Positions 8,101-19,008 of a stretch of DNA of 64,000 nt are shown piece by piece. A program made the translations under genes and the position numbers. The notes under the pieces are model-generated. The model was not told the origin of the DNA. It was given only the letters and a program-made list of their open reading frames with translations, and did no database searches. Origin of the DNA: Diplonema japonicum (lineage: Eukaryota; Protista; Euglenozoa: Diplonemea); NCBI GenBank assembly GCA_964019335.1, contig OZ025715.1, forward strand, positions 1 to 64,000. The letters are read 5' to 3'. Position 1 is the stretch's first letter, and each line of letters begins with the position of its first letter.

Positions 8101-9461
8101 TTCTTGGATCCCTTCGCGTTGTGCTTGTCGTTCTTCTTGTGTCCTTTGCCGCCTCCCTTGTAGTCACCTTTTGCAGGGTTTGCACCGTAGTCATCCAAGA
8201 GCCCAGGGTTTACGTTTTGATACTGCTTGTCTTCGGTGTTCTTCTTGGGTCCCTTGCCACCTCCCTTGAAGTCATCTTTTGGGCTTGCATCGTAGTCTTT
8301 ATCAGGGTCCATCTCTTGATGCTGTTTGTCTTCGGTGTTCTTTTTGGGTCCCTTTGCATTGTGCTTGTCGTTGTTCTTGTGTCCTTTGCCTCCCCCCTTG
8401 TAGTCACCTTTTGCAGGGTTTGCACCGTAGTCATCCAAGAGCCCAGGGTTTACGTTTTGATACTGCTTGTCTTCGGTGTTCTTCTTGGGTCCCTTGCCAC
8501 CTCCTTTGTAGTCATCTTTTGTAGGGCTTGCACTGTAGTCATCTAAGTCCATAAGCCCAGGGTCCATCTTTTGCTGCTGCTTGTCGTCGGTGTTCTTTTT
8601 GGGTCCCTTCGCATTGTGCTTGTCGTTCTTCTTCTTGGGTCCCTTGCCGTCCTCACCTTTTGCGGGGCTTGTGTTGTAGTTATCTAGATCCAGGAGCCCA
8701 GGGTCCATCTTTTGATGCTGCTTGTCTTCGGTGTTCTTATGTCCCTTCGCGTTGTGCTTGTCGTTCTTCTTGTGTCCTTTGCCGCCTCCCTTGTAGTCAC
8801 CTCTTGCAGGGTTTGCACCGTAGTCATCCAAGAGCCCAGGGCTTACGTTTTGATACTGCTTGTCTTCGGTGTTCTTCTTGGGTCCCTTGCCACCTCCTTT
8901 GAAGTCATCTTTTGCAGGGCTTGCATCGTAGTCTTTATCAGGGTCCATCTCTTGATGCTGTTTGTCGTCGGTGTTCTTCTTATGTCCCTTCGTGTTGTGC
9001 TTGTCGTTCTTCTTGTGTCCCTTGCTGCACCCCCTGTAGTCGAGCTCTTTCATTTTTTCTTCGACCCTTTGTTGCACAAGTGCCTCTATCCTTTCTTCTT
9101 CTGTCAGTTGTGCAACATGTGGGTCTTGCATATCGGTGTTCTTCTTGGGCCCCTTCGCATCGTGCTTGTCGCTCTTCTTGGGTCCCTTCGCATTGTGTTT
9201 GTCTTTTTTCTTCGGTCCTTTGCCACCCTTCTTGTAGTCATCTAAATCCGCCAGGTTTTCGCTCAAGTTGGTCACTGGCAGCGTTGCCTTTTCAGATTCC
9301 TGCGACCTGGATTCGTGTATGAAAGAACACCCTTCGCCCTTATGACAGCTGCCTTTGGAGAAATACTTGCAAAGTTTGGTCTTTTCCTTGTTAGGCCGTG
9401 CTGTGTTGCTTTCAGTGGAACACTCCAGGTGTTCGGTCTTTCCTTTTCCTTCAAATTGCAT
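5112..9461 (-). CDS. Two CCCH zinc fingers + K/G/D/N/H-rich tandem repeats + C-terminal RING1-IBR-RING2 (RBR) E3 ubiquitin ligase, 1449 aa, intronless
   Basis: CKYFSKGSCHKGEGCSFIH and CKYFSEGCCHKGEGCSFMH; RING1 CFVC..CGHIMCFEC; IBR C..DC..CSCC..LCPKC..H..C; RING2 CPRC..GGGCNAVYCPCGCNWCWLC. ATG at 9461 follows a CACACAG acceptor. Confidence 0.88.
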   Translation of the reverse strand: MQFEGKGKTEHLECSTESNTARPNKEKTKLCKYFSKGSCHKGEGCSFIHESRSQESEKATLPVTNLSENLADLDDYKKGGKGPKKKDKHNAKGPKKSDKHDAKGPKKNTDMQDPHVAQLTEEERIEALVQQRVEEKMKELDYRGCSKGHKKNDKHNTKGHKKNTDDKQHQEMDPDKDYDASPAKDDFKGGGKGPKKNTEDKQYQNVSPGLLDDYGANPARGDYKGGGKGHKKNDKHNAKGHKNTEDKQHQKMDPGLLDLDNYNTSPAKGEDGKGPKKKNDKHNAKGPKKNTDDKQQQKMDPGLMDLDDYSASPTKDDYKGGGKGPKKNTEDKQYQNVNPGLLDDYGANPAKGDYKGGGKGHKNNDKHNAKGPKKNTEDKQHQEMDPDKDYDASPKDDFKGGGKGPKKNTEDKQYQNVNPGLLDDYGANPAKGDYKGGGKGHKKNDKHNAKGSKKNTEDKQHQNVNPGLLDDYDASPAKGDYKGGGKGHKKNDKHNAKGHGHKKNTEDKQHQEMDLGLDDYKANPAKDDYKGSKKNDKHNAKGHKKNTEDKHQEIDLDDYEANPAKDDCKKDKKPKKNTKAMQQQKMDAECLNDSRARPNKEKTKPCKYFSEGCCHKGEGCSFMHEQAPDRLKVFSKKFRSTPPLTKREFDEVVRIGMHHSGWQSEVSKYGKVFTDAGERSLSISATTENCKHIRAILDREIKFVREYLSNCLMESSICEDHPALRLLIGKGYTCQQILTDPSETLGITFTVSRDLEESDAMYEKENLSVATRKKMLELNAHFVKLTKITDYDVEGFAYFGTPQAAQKVILEGEHDAVWAGGCLLDIKPISIGGAQVVRCVIDLYWQATRPETVAVFTSAAAAQRAAHNYKGKHCLRNSNTNDTELDVVLPSTLVHSSYVEKDLREAGVKGLKCVQQIFKSLPTEHNAKIAVQKLQKCLGCTDPEDKFDISSVGRCDWQHATLTPKNRDATARNVMEAIREARGVFYRDIPELKMHVTATSSFNASVAVYTSQVMMIADYLQNEIDKKAAEHSTRAVLNAHPRNSTVYITGQTEEAVGRTVKGVKEVVQGVAIWAKEGNVSTFSEADANGMRMRSAAVARKMGSVRHEFKVSCAVVGFDRLARIVIKGARQEEAAVAIRKTLEDKSHLVTFTRHIPYETCTQLKKRFSNLKLSEKGKQVELESTAEEIIVIKDALKSMMQSSKQKQEGEAVCFVCLCCSSEGDKFELNCGHIMCFECAGSFIQEEVPYRCMHVDHGKKEECGQMLLFDEVKNIANTFDVDTSTLIKKARRYFLKTHHTTHRDCFLTVDCPGILEIDLGKANGRFVPCSCCEKKLCPKCQDQEHRDERDSCEQFEKRHNEIKKENAEADKYMQTLKSCPRCKAKTLMDGGGCNAVYCPCGCNWCWLCGKECISTHFERGSCKGKLYNSYGLWGTIAKTVTNFFSLFSLKKR
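7740..9240 (-). repeat. Coding tandem repeats (hierarchical units, near-identical 240-bp period in part)
   Basis: Repeated KGGGKGPKKNTEDKQYQNVNPGLLDDYGANPAKGDY / HKKNDKHNAKG peptides. Confidence 0.9.
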
Positions 9462-9768
9462 CTTTTCCTGTGTGAACGGAGAGAAAAGAACGTAGGAAAG
9501 GAATTTAAAAAAGGGGGGATACAAGCCTATTGAGAAAAGAGTGAAATGAGATTTCATCGAAGTTTAAGTGAGGGGGGGACAAAAAACTAGGTAACCCTCA
9601 GGAGCTTCCATAAGGATGTGCTTCAGTGTCAGGGTGTTGAAGCAGTTGGGTATGACCCCTTGGCCGAAAAATGGGACAAGAGGGGACAACATGGGACAAG
9701 AGGGGACACACCTGAAAACCCCCCTCTGGCCCAGAAATGATGTCAAAATGTGTCAAAACATGTTTTTA

Positions 9769-10575
9769 TTACTTTCCACCAAACTCCGGTTTTTCGCTGT
9801 TGCTCTTTTCTTCAGCCACGGGTGGTGTGAGAGGTGTGAGAACACCACTGCAAGTTGAATGTGGCTGTGAACAATGCAGCTCTTCCTGGAGATTCTTTAT
9901 TTTCTCCTCAAGATGCAACTTTGCCTGTGTGTCACACAGTAGATTTGGGCTGACACGGTTTGTTTCTTCGAGTGCAAACACCTTGTAACTCCCATCACAC
10001 ACTGGAGGGAAGAAGTGCATGTCACCAGGATCCTGTGCATACTCAACTGCTGCACCTGCCCCAGCAAGGTTACCAATAACAGTCCCATCCCATGCATTCA
10101 GGACATCATTGTCGTTGATTCAATGCCTGTTGTCCAGCTTTTTCCAGAACTGGACTTTAAAGGTGGACCCCACACCTTTGTCAGCAATAAACGCTAGCAT
10201 CTCTGCATATGCAAAGCCATTCTTCTTGCTAGTCCACATAAACATAGCAGCCTTTCAGGGTGTTTGGCTGTGCAGTTCACCAACTTTCTGGCTAAGCTGG
10301 GGTGAAGGGCTTCTTGATACTGATCCACTCCTTTTCCACTTTCGAATAGCCTGAGAATTCTTTGGTTTTGGTTTTGGATCCAGTTTGTCCTTTTTAACTG
10401 GGGGTTTTTTCTTCTCATGGAGGCAGGCTAGTTCCTTTCTAAAACCAGCACTCTCCTGCTCATAATGTTCATCTGCATGTGATGTGTCACCATGTGCAGA
10501 ACTGCCCTTGTCTCCATCTGGTGCAGCAAGGGCAGTTGAAAACATGCACAAACATATTACTACAAGCATAATCAT
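9769..10575 (-). pseudogene. Decayed ORF with signal-peptide-like N-terminus, interrupted by two in-frame TGA codons
   Basis: ORF-track pieces 10255-10575 and 9769-10020 are in one frame. Stops are at 10255-10257 and 10120-10122 (both TGA, consistent with CGA->TGA). The sequence is CpG-depleted. Confidence 0.6.
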
Positions 10576-11013
10576 CTTGTTTATGGTTTTTATCCTGTGG
10601 GCCTATCCTGTTGCTTAATGGTTAAAGTAAGAAAAGAGTTTAAAAAGAAACTAAGAAAACTCAGAAACCATAGCTAAGACCCCTATTTCAGTGATGGGTG
10701 AATCCTAATTAGGACTAGACCAGACTGGACTGGACCAGACCAGATCTGGTGTGAATTTCGACCCAATTATGCCAGACTGACCAGACTGACTGGACTGACC
10801 AGACTGGACCAGACCAGAGTGGACTGGACCAGACCAGACCAGACTGGACCAGACTGGACTGGACTGAACCGGCAGACAAGATACAACCACAACACCACAT
10901 CCCCCCCTTTTTTTTTTGCTGCAGAGTTCAAACGTATAAACAGATGTCTACAAGAAAAGATGTTACACAGGTACTGAGAGATGACAACAACAACAACAAT
11001 GAGAAACAAAGGG

Positions 11014-11049
<36 letters not shown>

Positions 11050-11174
11050 CTTCTTTTTCAGGTGGTGGGGATTACATGAAAATATAAGAAAAACATCAGA
11101 TGTGTTTGCTGTTGACCTCCTCATCAGTCATCACCAAGTAAACCACATGAGTGCAGAATCTTGGTTACCCAGGG

Positions 11175-12104
11175 CAGTGTTGTTACAGGAAAAAACCCAG
11201 GGGCATGGGGGGTGGGGGGGTGGGGGGGGCAAAAAAAATTTTTTTTCTAGGGACCCTCACTCATTTAGCACCCTCAAAACAGACTTTTTTGGAAATTTTT
11301 GGCCAAAAAAAAATTTTTTTTTCCCAGGGGACCCCTAACTTGGGGTCACTTTGGCAATTTTTGACCCCAAATTTTTTTTTTTCTGGAAATAGCCAGAAAT
11401 CATGAAATTTATATTAAATACACCTTAAAAACCCATTTCTGCAACCAAAAAGTTCAGAAAGGTGTTTAGGTGGAATACACATCTCTAAACAGTGTTGGTC
11501 AGTCCCGTCCCATCCCCTAAAACGGAATATGGGCCTGGACGGGACTCACAGGACTCATGGGACTCTCCCCAACACTGTCATTATTTTTGATAGTTTTGCA
11601 ACTTTTTTTTTTTTTTTTTTTTTTTTTCCCCTTTGGAAAAAAAAAAAAAAAATGGGGGAAAAAAAAGAGAAAAAAATCCTTGATTTTTTTTGACATACAT
11701 GATGTGTTTACCTTTTCTTTTTTTTTCCTTCTTTTTTCTTGTCTTCTCACATTTTTTCGCACACCTAAACCAAGCTGTTGTTTCTGCTTTCCGCATCAAA
11801 TGTTGTAGCTTCTTCTGCATTCTGTGGTCCTTAATCACCATGGCCGAGTTGTAGCTTTTTGTGTTCTGCATCATTTCCTTAATCACAATGGCTGGACGGC
11901 TGGGTTGTAGCTTCTTCTGTGTTCTGTGTCATGTCCTTAATGTGTGGTGTTCAGCTCAACCCCAGCCAGGGCACCCCAGGTAACTAAGATTCTGTGCTTG
12001 TGTGGTTTGCTCAGTGATGACAGATGAGGAGGTCAACAGCAAACAACACATCTGATGTTTTTCTTATATTTTCATGTTATCCCCACCACCTGAAAAAGAA
12101 GATA

Positions 12105-12140
<36 letters not shown>

Positions 12141-12505
12141 TATATTGTGCACCAGGAGGTGCACATTGTGACACCTGCTTTTTCCTGTGCAGCATAGTGA
12201 TACATGTTATAAAACATGTGCTGTGTTGTGCACCCTGTGTTGCATGCATCATGTGGAACATCAGGTATGCAAAATATGGTGTAAAATATGTCACAACACA
12301 CCACATGGTGTGGTGAAAATTTGGTGTTGGGGTGGTTTGTGGGCCAGACCCCTCAGACCCCACCAGTCTGGCAAACACTGCCCATCCCTTTTTTTATTTC
12401 TTTTTTTTTTTCTTTTTTTTTTTTTTTGCATTGTATTTTTCTTGCAAAGGCCTCTTTTTAATATATTTTTCAAAGCAGGTCTCCAAACCCCCTGACATTT
12501 TTTTT

Positions 12506-12544
<39 letters not shown>

Positions 12545-13128
12545 GTCACAACAAGGTAGTACCCAAACCTAGGACCTCTTTTTTTTGAACCTTTGAAACC
12601 AAAAGTACCAAAAAAATGCAAGCCCCAGCCTAAATTTGGGCCTTTGTAACACAAAAAACACAAAGAAATTTTTTGGTCCCAAGAGTCCCCTGAGTCCCCT
12701 GAGTCCCTTGAGTCCCTCCTGTCCTGTCCCTTGGAGTCCCCTGAGTCCCTCAAGGGTCTGGACCAACACTGTTTAGACCCTAAGGAAAAATTCCTAAAGT
12801 GATTTTTAAAAGATTCTTCAGTCTAAGTGGGGTCAAAACTTTCCATTGGCTGTTCAGAATTCCATTTTTGGGACAAAATTGGGTGTTCAAAAAAAAATTA
12901 TTTTTTTGCCCTCCTGGTGCTGTCATGAGGATGAGTTGCCCCCCTGAGATTTTCGGATTTTTACTTACTTTTTACTTCAGAATATAGTTTAGAGATGTGT
13001 ATTCCACCTAAACACCTTTCTGAACTTTTTGGTTTGCAGAAATGGGTTTTGAGGGTCCCTAGAAAAAAAAATTTTTTTTTGCCCCCCCACCCCCCTGCCC
13101 CCCTGGGTTTTTTCCCATAACAACACTG
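11175..13128. mobile_element. TIR element with CAGTGTTGTTA... termini and long imperfect inverted arms
   Basis: 11175-11258 and 11428-11490 are mirrored by 12987-13128. Confidence 0.75.
11490..12771. mobile_element. TIR element CAGTGTTGGTC...GACCAACACTG nested in the previous element
   Basis: 11-bp perfect TIR; GGGACTC subterminal repeats at both ends. Confidence 0.7.
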
Positions 13129-13548
13129 CCTGTAGCACCCTGAGTGGAAGAACAAATTGCAGATGCTCAGGGTGAGTAAACTACTTAGGGCACCAGCTGG
13201 GGTTGAGCTGCACACCGCATGCATTAAGGACACGATGTGGAATGCAGAAGCAGCTGAGGTGCACCCCCTGTCACTGGTCTCCTTTACCTCTTTCATGTTA
13301 TTTGGTGGTGGGGATCACAGAAATATGGAAATATAAGAAGTACATCAGATGTGTTCTGTTGACCTCCATGTTGGTCATCACTGGTAGTGCCTGAGTGGAG
13401 GAACGTATTGCAGATGCTCTGGTGTTGAGCTGCACACTGCACACATTAAGGACACGACATGGAATATTGTGCTGTCAGTGTTGTGGTGATATAGTCACCA
13501 CTTTCAACCTTGATGATGCAAAGAGGAAAAAAAAAGGGGGGGGGAAAA

Positions 13549-13660
13549 ACTAGTTTGACACTCCATTTGTTTGTGCACACAAGCGGAATAGGAACCTAAT
13601 AAAATAGCTCATTATGCTGCCATCAACTAGTTTTAGTCTTGACAATAATATTGTTAAAAC
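13549..13660. repeat. About 110-bp ACTAGT-bounded dispersed repeat, CpG-decayed copy
   Basis: Reverse complement of 49156-49336; absent from the duplicated segment near 17550-17590, so it is an insertion. Confidence 0.8.
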
Positions 13661-15247
13661 AAAAAAAAAAGTAAGGAATTCCCTGTTCCACCAAGTTCCG
13701 GTTCTGCTATTCTGCCAAGTTCAGTTTGGTGGAAGGGAATGGAACGACCCAATCCTGCACAAGCAGAATCTTGGTTACCCTGGAGGACGCCCCAGCTGGG
13801 GTTGAGCTGAACACCACACATTAAGGACATGACACAGAACACAGAAGAAGCTACAACTCAGCTGCCCTGTAATCAAGTAGTCTTGTGCAGGTCCTTTAAC
13901 TCATATATCTCTCACCGTGGCTGGGTTGTAGCTTCTTCTGCATTCCACGTCAATCCCAGGTGTGTCAAAAATTGCAGAAAATTTTCGAGTCCAGTCAGTC
14001 TGGTCAGTCTGGTAAATTGGGTACACCAGACTGGACCAGATTCTCAGGGGACTGGAGGGACTCAAGGGACTCTTGGGACCAAAAAATTTCTTTGTGTTTT
14101 TTGTGTTACAAAGGCCCAAATTTAGGCTGGGGCTTGCATTTTTTTGGTACTTTTGGTTTCAAAGGTTCAAAAAAAGAGGTCCTAGGTTTGGGTGGGATGT
14201 GAGGCAAGGCCAGTGATGGGTGAATCCAGTCTGGTCCAGTGTACCCATTTTACCAGACTGACCAGACTGACCAGATTGGCCAGACTGACTGGATCGGCCA
14301 GACTGACCAGACTCAAAAATTTTCTGCAATTTTTGACACACCTGCAAACACTTTTTTTTCAAATATTTTTGGACAATGATTTTTTTTTTTTTTTTTTTTT
14401 TTTTTCTTCTTCTTCATACCACACTGTGTGTGGTGTACAGCTCAACCCTAGCCAGAGTGTCCCAGGTAACCAAGATTCAACACTTGTGCAGTTTGCTGCC
14501 TGTTTGTCACCCTGAGCATCTGCATTATGCTCTTCCACTTGGGAGCTACCAAGAAAACCAACAGAATGTACCTAATCTTGCTCCAGTGAAGAAGCAAGTA
14601 GGCCCAGGCAGACCCAAAAACGGGTTTGTGATGAGTGACAACAGCTTTTCGACTTTTTTTTTTTTTTTTAAACCTCTTTTTTTTTCCTTTTTTTTTTCCT
14701 TAAACATGGGTAATATTTGGGTATTGTTAAATAAGGTTGCTGCTCACACTTTCTTTTCTCTTTCTTTTTTCTTTGTTCCTTTCTTTTTATTTTTTCTCTT
14801 CATGGCACTCTTCTTATTTCACACTTGTTCTCTTTTTTCCTCTTCTTCTTTTTCTGGGGGTAAACGAGTTGGGTTGTTTGGGTAAATGGGATTAGATAAG
14901 GCTGCTGCTCACAAACTTTTTTTTCTTCCTCTTTCTTCTCTTCATGGTGCTCTTCTTATCCATATTTATATTCCTACACTTGTTCTCTATTTTTCTTTTC
15001 CCTTTTCTTTTTCTTTTCTCCTTTGTCTCATTTGACTGTTATGCACCAGTCTGGAAACAACCACCCAGCAAGCACCCATTCTGAAATGGGGACTGAGGGG
15101 CCCAGGGAAGATGCCAGGCGCGGTGTTTTTTGTCCCTCCTGGGTGATGTATTTTCTTTTACACAAGTGTCATTCTATGGTTGCATGCTCAAGGATGTTTT
15201 AATTTTAGAAAATAAAAAAGTCGATGGTGACCTTTTTTTTGCCCAAA

Positions 15248-18200
15248 CAGTGATGGGTGAATCCTAATTAGGACTAGACCAGACTGGACCGGACCAGACC
15301 GGATCTGGTGTGAATTTCGACCCAATTATGCCAGACTGACCAGACTGACCAGACCAGACCAGACTGGACCAGACCGGACTGGACCAGACCAGACCAGACC
15401 AGACCAGACTGGAATGGACTGAACCGGACCGTACAAGATACAACCACAACACCACATCCCCCCCTTTTTTTTGCTGCAGAGTTCAAACATATAAACAGAT
15501 GTCTACAAGAAAAGATGTTACACAGGTACTGAGAGACAACAACAACAACAAAAACAACGAGAAACGAAAAAAAAAAAAAAAAACTTTTATCTTCTTTTTC
15601 AGGTGGTGGGGATTACATGAAAATATAAGAAAAACATCAGATGTGTTGTTTGCTGTTGACCTCCTCATTGGTCATCACCAAGCAAACCACACGAGTGCAG
15701 AATCTTGGTTACCCAGGGCACCCTGGCTAGGGTTGAGCTGAACCCTGCACACATTAAGGACACATTAAGGACACAACATGGAGCACAGAAGAAGCTACAA
15801 CTCGGCCGCAGTGATTAAGGACACGATGCAGAACACAGAAGAAGCTACAATCCGGCTGCTGTGCACCCCCTGTAATCAAGTAGACAGTTCTTGTGCAGGG
15901 CACTGCCAACACCGGCCTCCTTTAACTCTTGTATATTATTCCAAAGGTGGTGGGGATAGCATGAAAAAACATCAGATGTGTTGTTCACTGTTGACCTCCT
16001 CATCGGTCATCACCGGTAGCTCCCGAGTGGAAGAACATAATGCAGATGCTTAGGGTGACAAACAGGCAGCAAACTACACCCAAAAACCCCCATCCTTTAA
16101 TGGTTAAGGGTGTTTTTGGCCACTTTTTTTGGGAGGAAAAACAATTTTTTGGACATTCATTTTTTGGATATTTTTTTTTTTTTTCCAGCACCCCATGCAC
16201 CCAATAAAGTACAGCAAAAAAAAGGGGGGTAAATACAAAAAATGAGAAGGGTAAGTCATAAAGGCAAAAAAACCAACAGATAGACCATTACTAGGCCTGA
16301 TATAGGTACCCTTATGGAAAAAAAATCAATTTTTCTGAGGTAAAAAACCACTTTTCAGGTGTTTTTGACCACTTGTTCATGTGAAAAATAACTTTTTTTG
16401 GGCACCTTTTTTTTTGACCCCCAAACTTCTCACTTTCACCCCACTTCACAAAAGGCCTCTATTAAGGCCTAGGATAGGTACTTTTGAGAAAAAAACTTTT
16501 TTTTTTTTGGAAAAAAAATCAATTTTTGGGTGTCTTTGACAACTTTTTTTGGGTGGAAAAAAATTTTTTTTGGACACTATAAAAAAAATTTTTTTTTTGC
16601 CCCCCTGCCCCCCTGGATTTGCCCCCCTGTGCCCCCCCGAAAATCTCGGGGGGGCAACCCATTCTCGTAACAACACTGGACACGGAATGCAGAAGAAGCT
16701 ACAACTCGGTTGCGGTGCACCCCCTGTAATCAAGTAGACAGTTCTTGTGCAGGGCACCACCAACACCAGCCTCTTTTAACTCATATATATATCATTCAGG
16801 TGGTGGAGATTACATGGAAATATAAGAAGTACATCAGATGTGTTGTTCACTGTTGACCTCCATGTCAGTCATCACCAGTAGTGCCCAAGTGGGAGAACAT
16901 AATGCAGATGCTCAGGGTGATGAATTGGCAGCAAACTGCATGAGCACAGAATGTTGGTTACCCTGGGTTGTGTTGCTCTGGCTGGGGTTAAGCTGCACAC
17001 TGCACACATTAAGGACACAACGCAGAACACAGAAGAAGCTACAACTCGGCTGCAGTGCCCCCCTGTATCAAGTTAACAGTTCTTGTGCGGGTGCCACCAA
17101 CACGACGAACAGGCATTTTCCTCCATCCACTTGGCCGGTCATCACCTGTAGCACCCTGAGTGGAAGAACAAATTGCAGATGCTCAGGGTGAGTAAACTAC
17201 TTAGGGCACCAGCTGGGGTTGAGCTGCACACCGCATGCATTAAGGACACGACGCGGAACGCAGAAGCGGCCGAGGTGCACCCCCTGTCACTGGTCTCCTT
17301 TACCTCTTTCATGTTATTTGGTGGTGGGGATTACAGAAATATGGAAATATAAGAAGTACATCAGATGTGTTGTTCACTGTTGACCTCCACATCGGTCATC
17401 ACTGGTAGCGCCCGAGTGGAGGAACGTATTGCAGATGCTCTGGTGTTGAGCTGCACACTGCACACATTAAGGACACGACATGGAATATTGTGCTGTCAGT
17501 GTTGTGGTGATATAGTCACCACTTTCAACCTTGATGATGCAAAGAGGAAAAACAAAAAAAAAAAAAAAAAGAAAAAAAAAAAAAAAAGGTAAGGAATTCC
17601 CTGTTCTGCCAAGTTCCGGTTCCGCTGGTTCCGCCGTTCCACCAAGCTCCGACTTTTCAGTTTGGCGGAAGGGAACGGAATGACCCACCCCTGCATGAGC
17701 AGAATCTGGTTACCCGGGACGCCCCGGCTGGGGTTGAGCTGAACACCGCACACATTAAGGACACGACACGGAACGCAGAAGAAGCTACAACTCGGCTGTG
17801 GTGTACCCCCTGTAATCAAGTAGTCTTGTGCAGGTCCTTTAACTCATATATCTCTCACCACGGCCGGGTTGTAGCTTCTTCTGCGTTCCACGTCGATCAC
17901 CACAGCCGGGTTACATCCAAATACAACATTTCTGGACATATGTACATACCTGCAGCTGCAGTGCACTGGAGTAGATAGGTGCAAATGGCTTGATGGAGCT
18001 GTGCATGTCTGTGGTACAAAGAAGAAGAAGAAGAAGAAAAAAAAAAAAAAAAAAAGGAAAAAAATCATTGTCCAAAAATATTTGAAAAAAAAGTGTTTGC
18101 AGGCGTGTCAAAAATTGCAGAAAATTTTCGAGTCCGGTCAGTCCGGCCGATCCGGTCAGTCCGGTAAATTGGGTACACCGGACCGGACCGGATTCACCCA

Positions 18201-18503
18201 TCACTGCTTGATTACAGGGGGTGCACCACAGCCGGGTTGTAGCTTCTTCTGCGTTCTGCATCGTGTCCTTAATCACCGTGGCTGAGTTTTTTTTTTTTTT
18301 TAAATAGAGTTGTAGCTTCTTCTATGTTCCATGTCGTGTCCTTAATGTGTGGTGTTCAGCTCAACCCTAGCTGGGGTGCCCTGGGTAACCAAGATTCTGC
18401 ACTCATGTGGTTTGCTTGGTGATGACTGATGAGGAGGTCAACAGCAAACACATCTGATGTTTTTCTTATATTTTCATGTAATCCCCACCACCTGAAAAAG
18501 AAG

Positions 18504-18545
<42 letters not shown>

Positions 18546-18828
18546 CCCCCTTCGTTTCTTGTTGTTGTTGTTGTTGTCATCTCTCAGTACCTGTGTAACA
18601 TCTTTTCTTGTAGACATCTGTTTATACGTTTGAACTCTGCAGCAAAAAAAAAGGGTGGGGATGTGGTGTTGTGGTTGTATATTGTCTGCCAGTCCAGTCC
18701 AGTCCAGTCTGGTCTGGTCCCGTCTGGTCAGTCTGGTCAGTCCGGCATAATTGGGTCGAAATTCACACTGGATCCAGTCTGGTCCGGTCCAGTCCAGTCT
18801 AGTCCTAATTAGGATTCACCCATCACTG
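15248..18828. mobile_element. 3.6-kb composite element bounded by CAGTGATGGGTGAATCCTAATTAGG TIRs with a target-site duplication
   Basis: Flanks are gCCCAAA|CAGTG ... CACTG|CCCAAAc: a 6-bp TSD, or 8-bp GCCCAAAC if the termini are AGTG/CACT. Confidence 0.75.
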
Positions 18829-19008
18829 CCCAAACCCCCGTTTCCCAATGTTTTCCAGCCCCAGAAGTGCCCAGAATCATGTTCTAATTTTGGGGCCCCC
18901 ATTTGGTACTTTCCCTATGTAATCCTAGGGGCCCCTATTTTATGTTGTGAAGAGCCTGAAAAAGGGCAAAAAACGACCCCCTTATGACCCCCCCCCCCCC
19001 CCCCCCCC

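Larger units (their letters stand above)
10689..18828. mobile_element. Nested and rearranged island of non-autonomous CAGTG-terminated TIR elements (hAT-like MITE families)
   Basis: TIR CAGTGATGGGTGAATCC forward at 10689, 14211 and 15248, reverse ending at 18206 and 18828. (CCGGA/CTGGA/CCAGA)n subterminal arrays; about 800-bp direct duplication 13129-13950 vs 17145-17895; inverted copy 12560-12700 vs 14040-14192. No intact ORF. Confidence 0.85.

Noticed and set aside
10700-18830. CRISPR array or protein-coding ORFs in the repeat island
   Set aside because: The repeats are MITE subterminal 5-mers and duplicated segments without unique regular spacers or cas genes; the ORFs are low-complexity noise.
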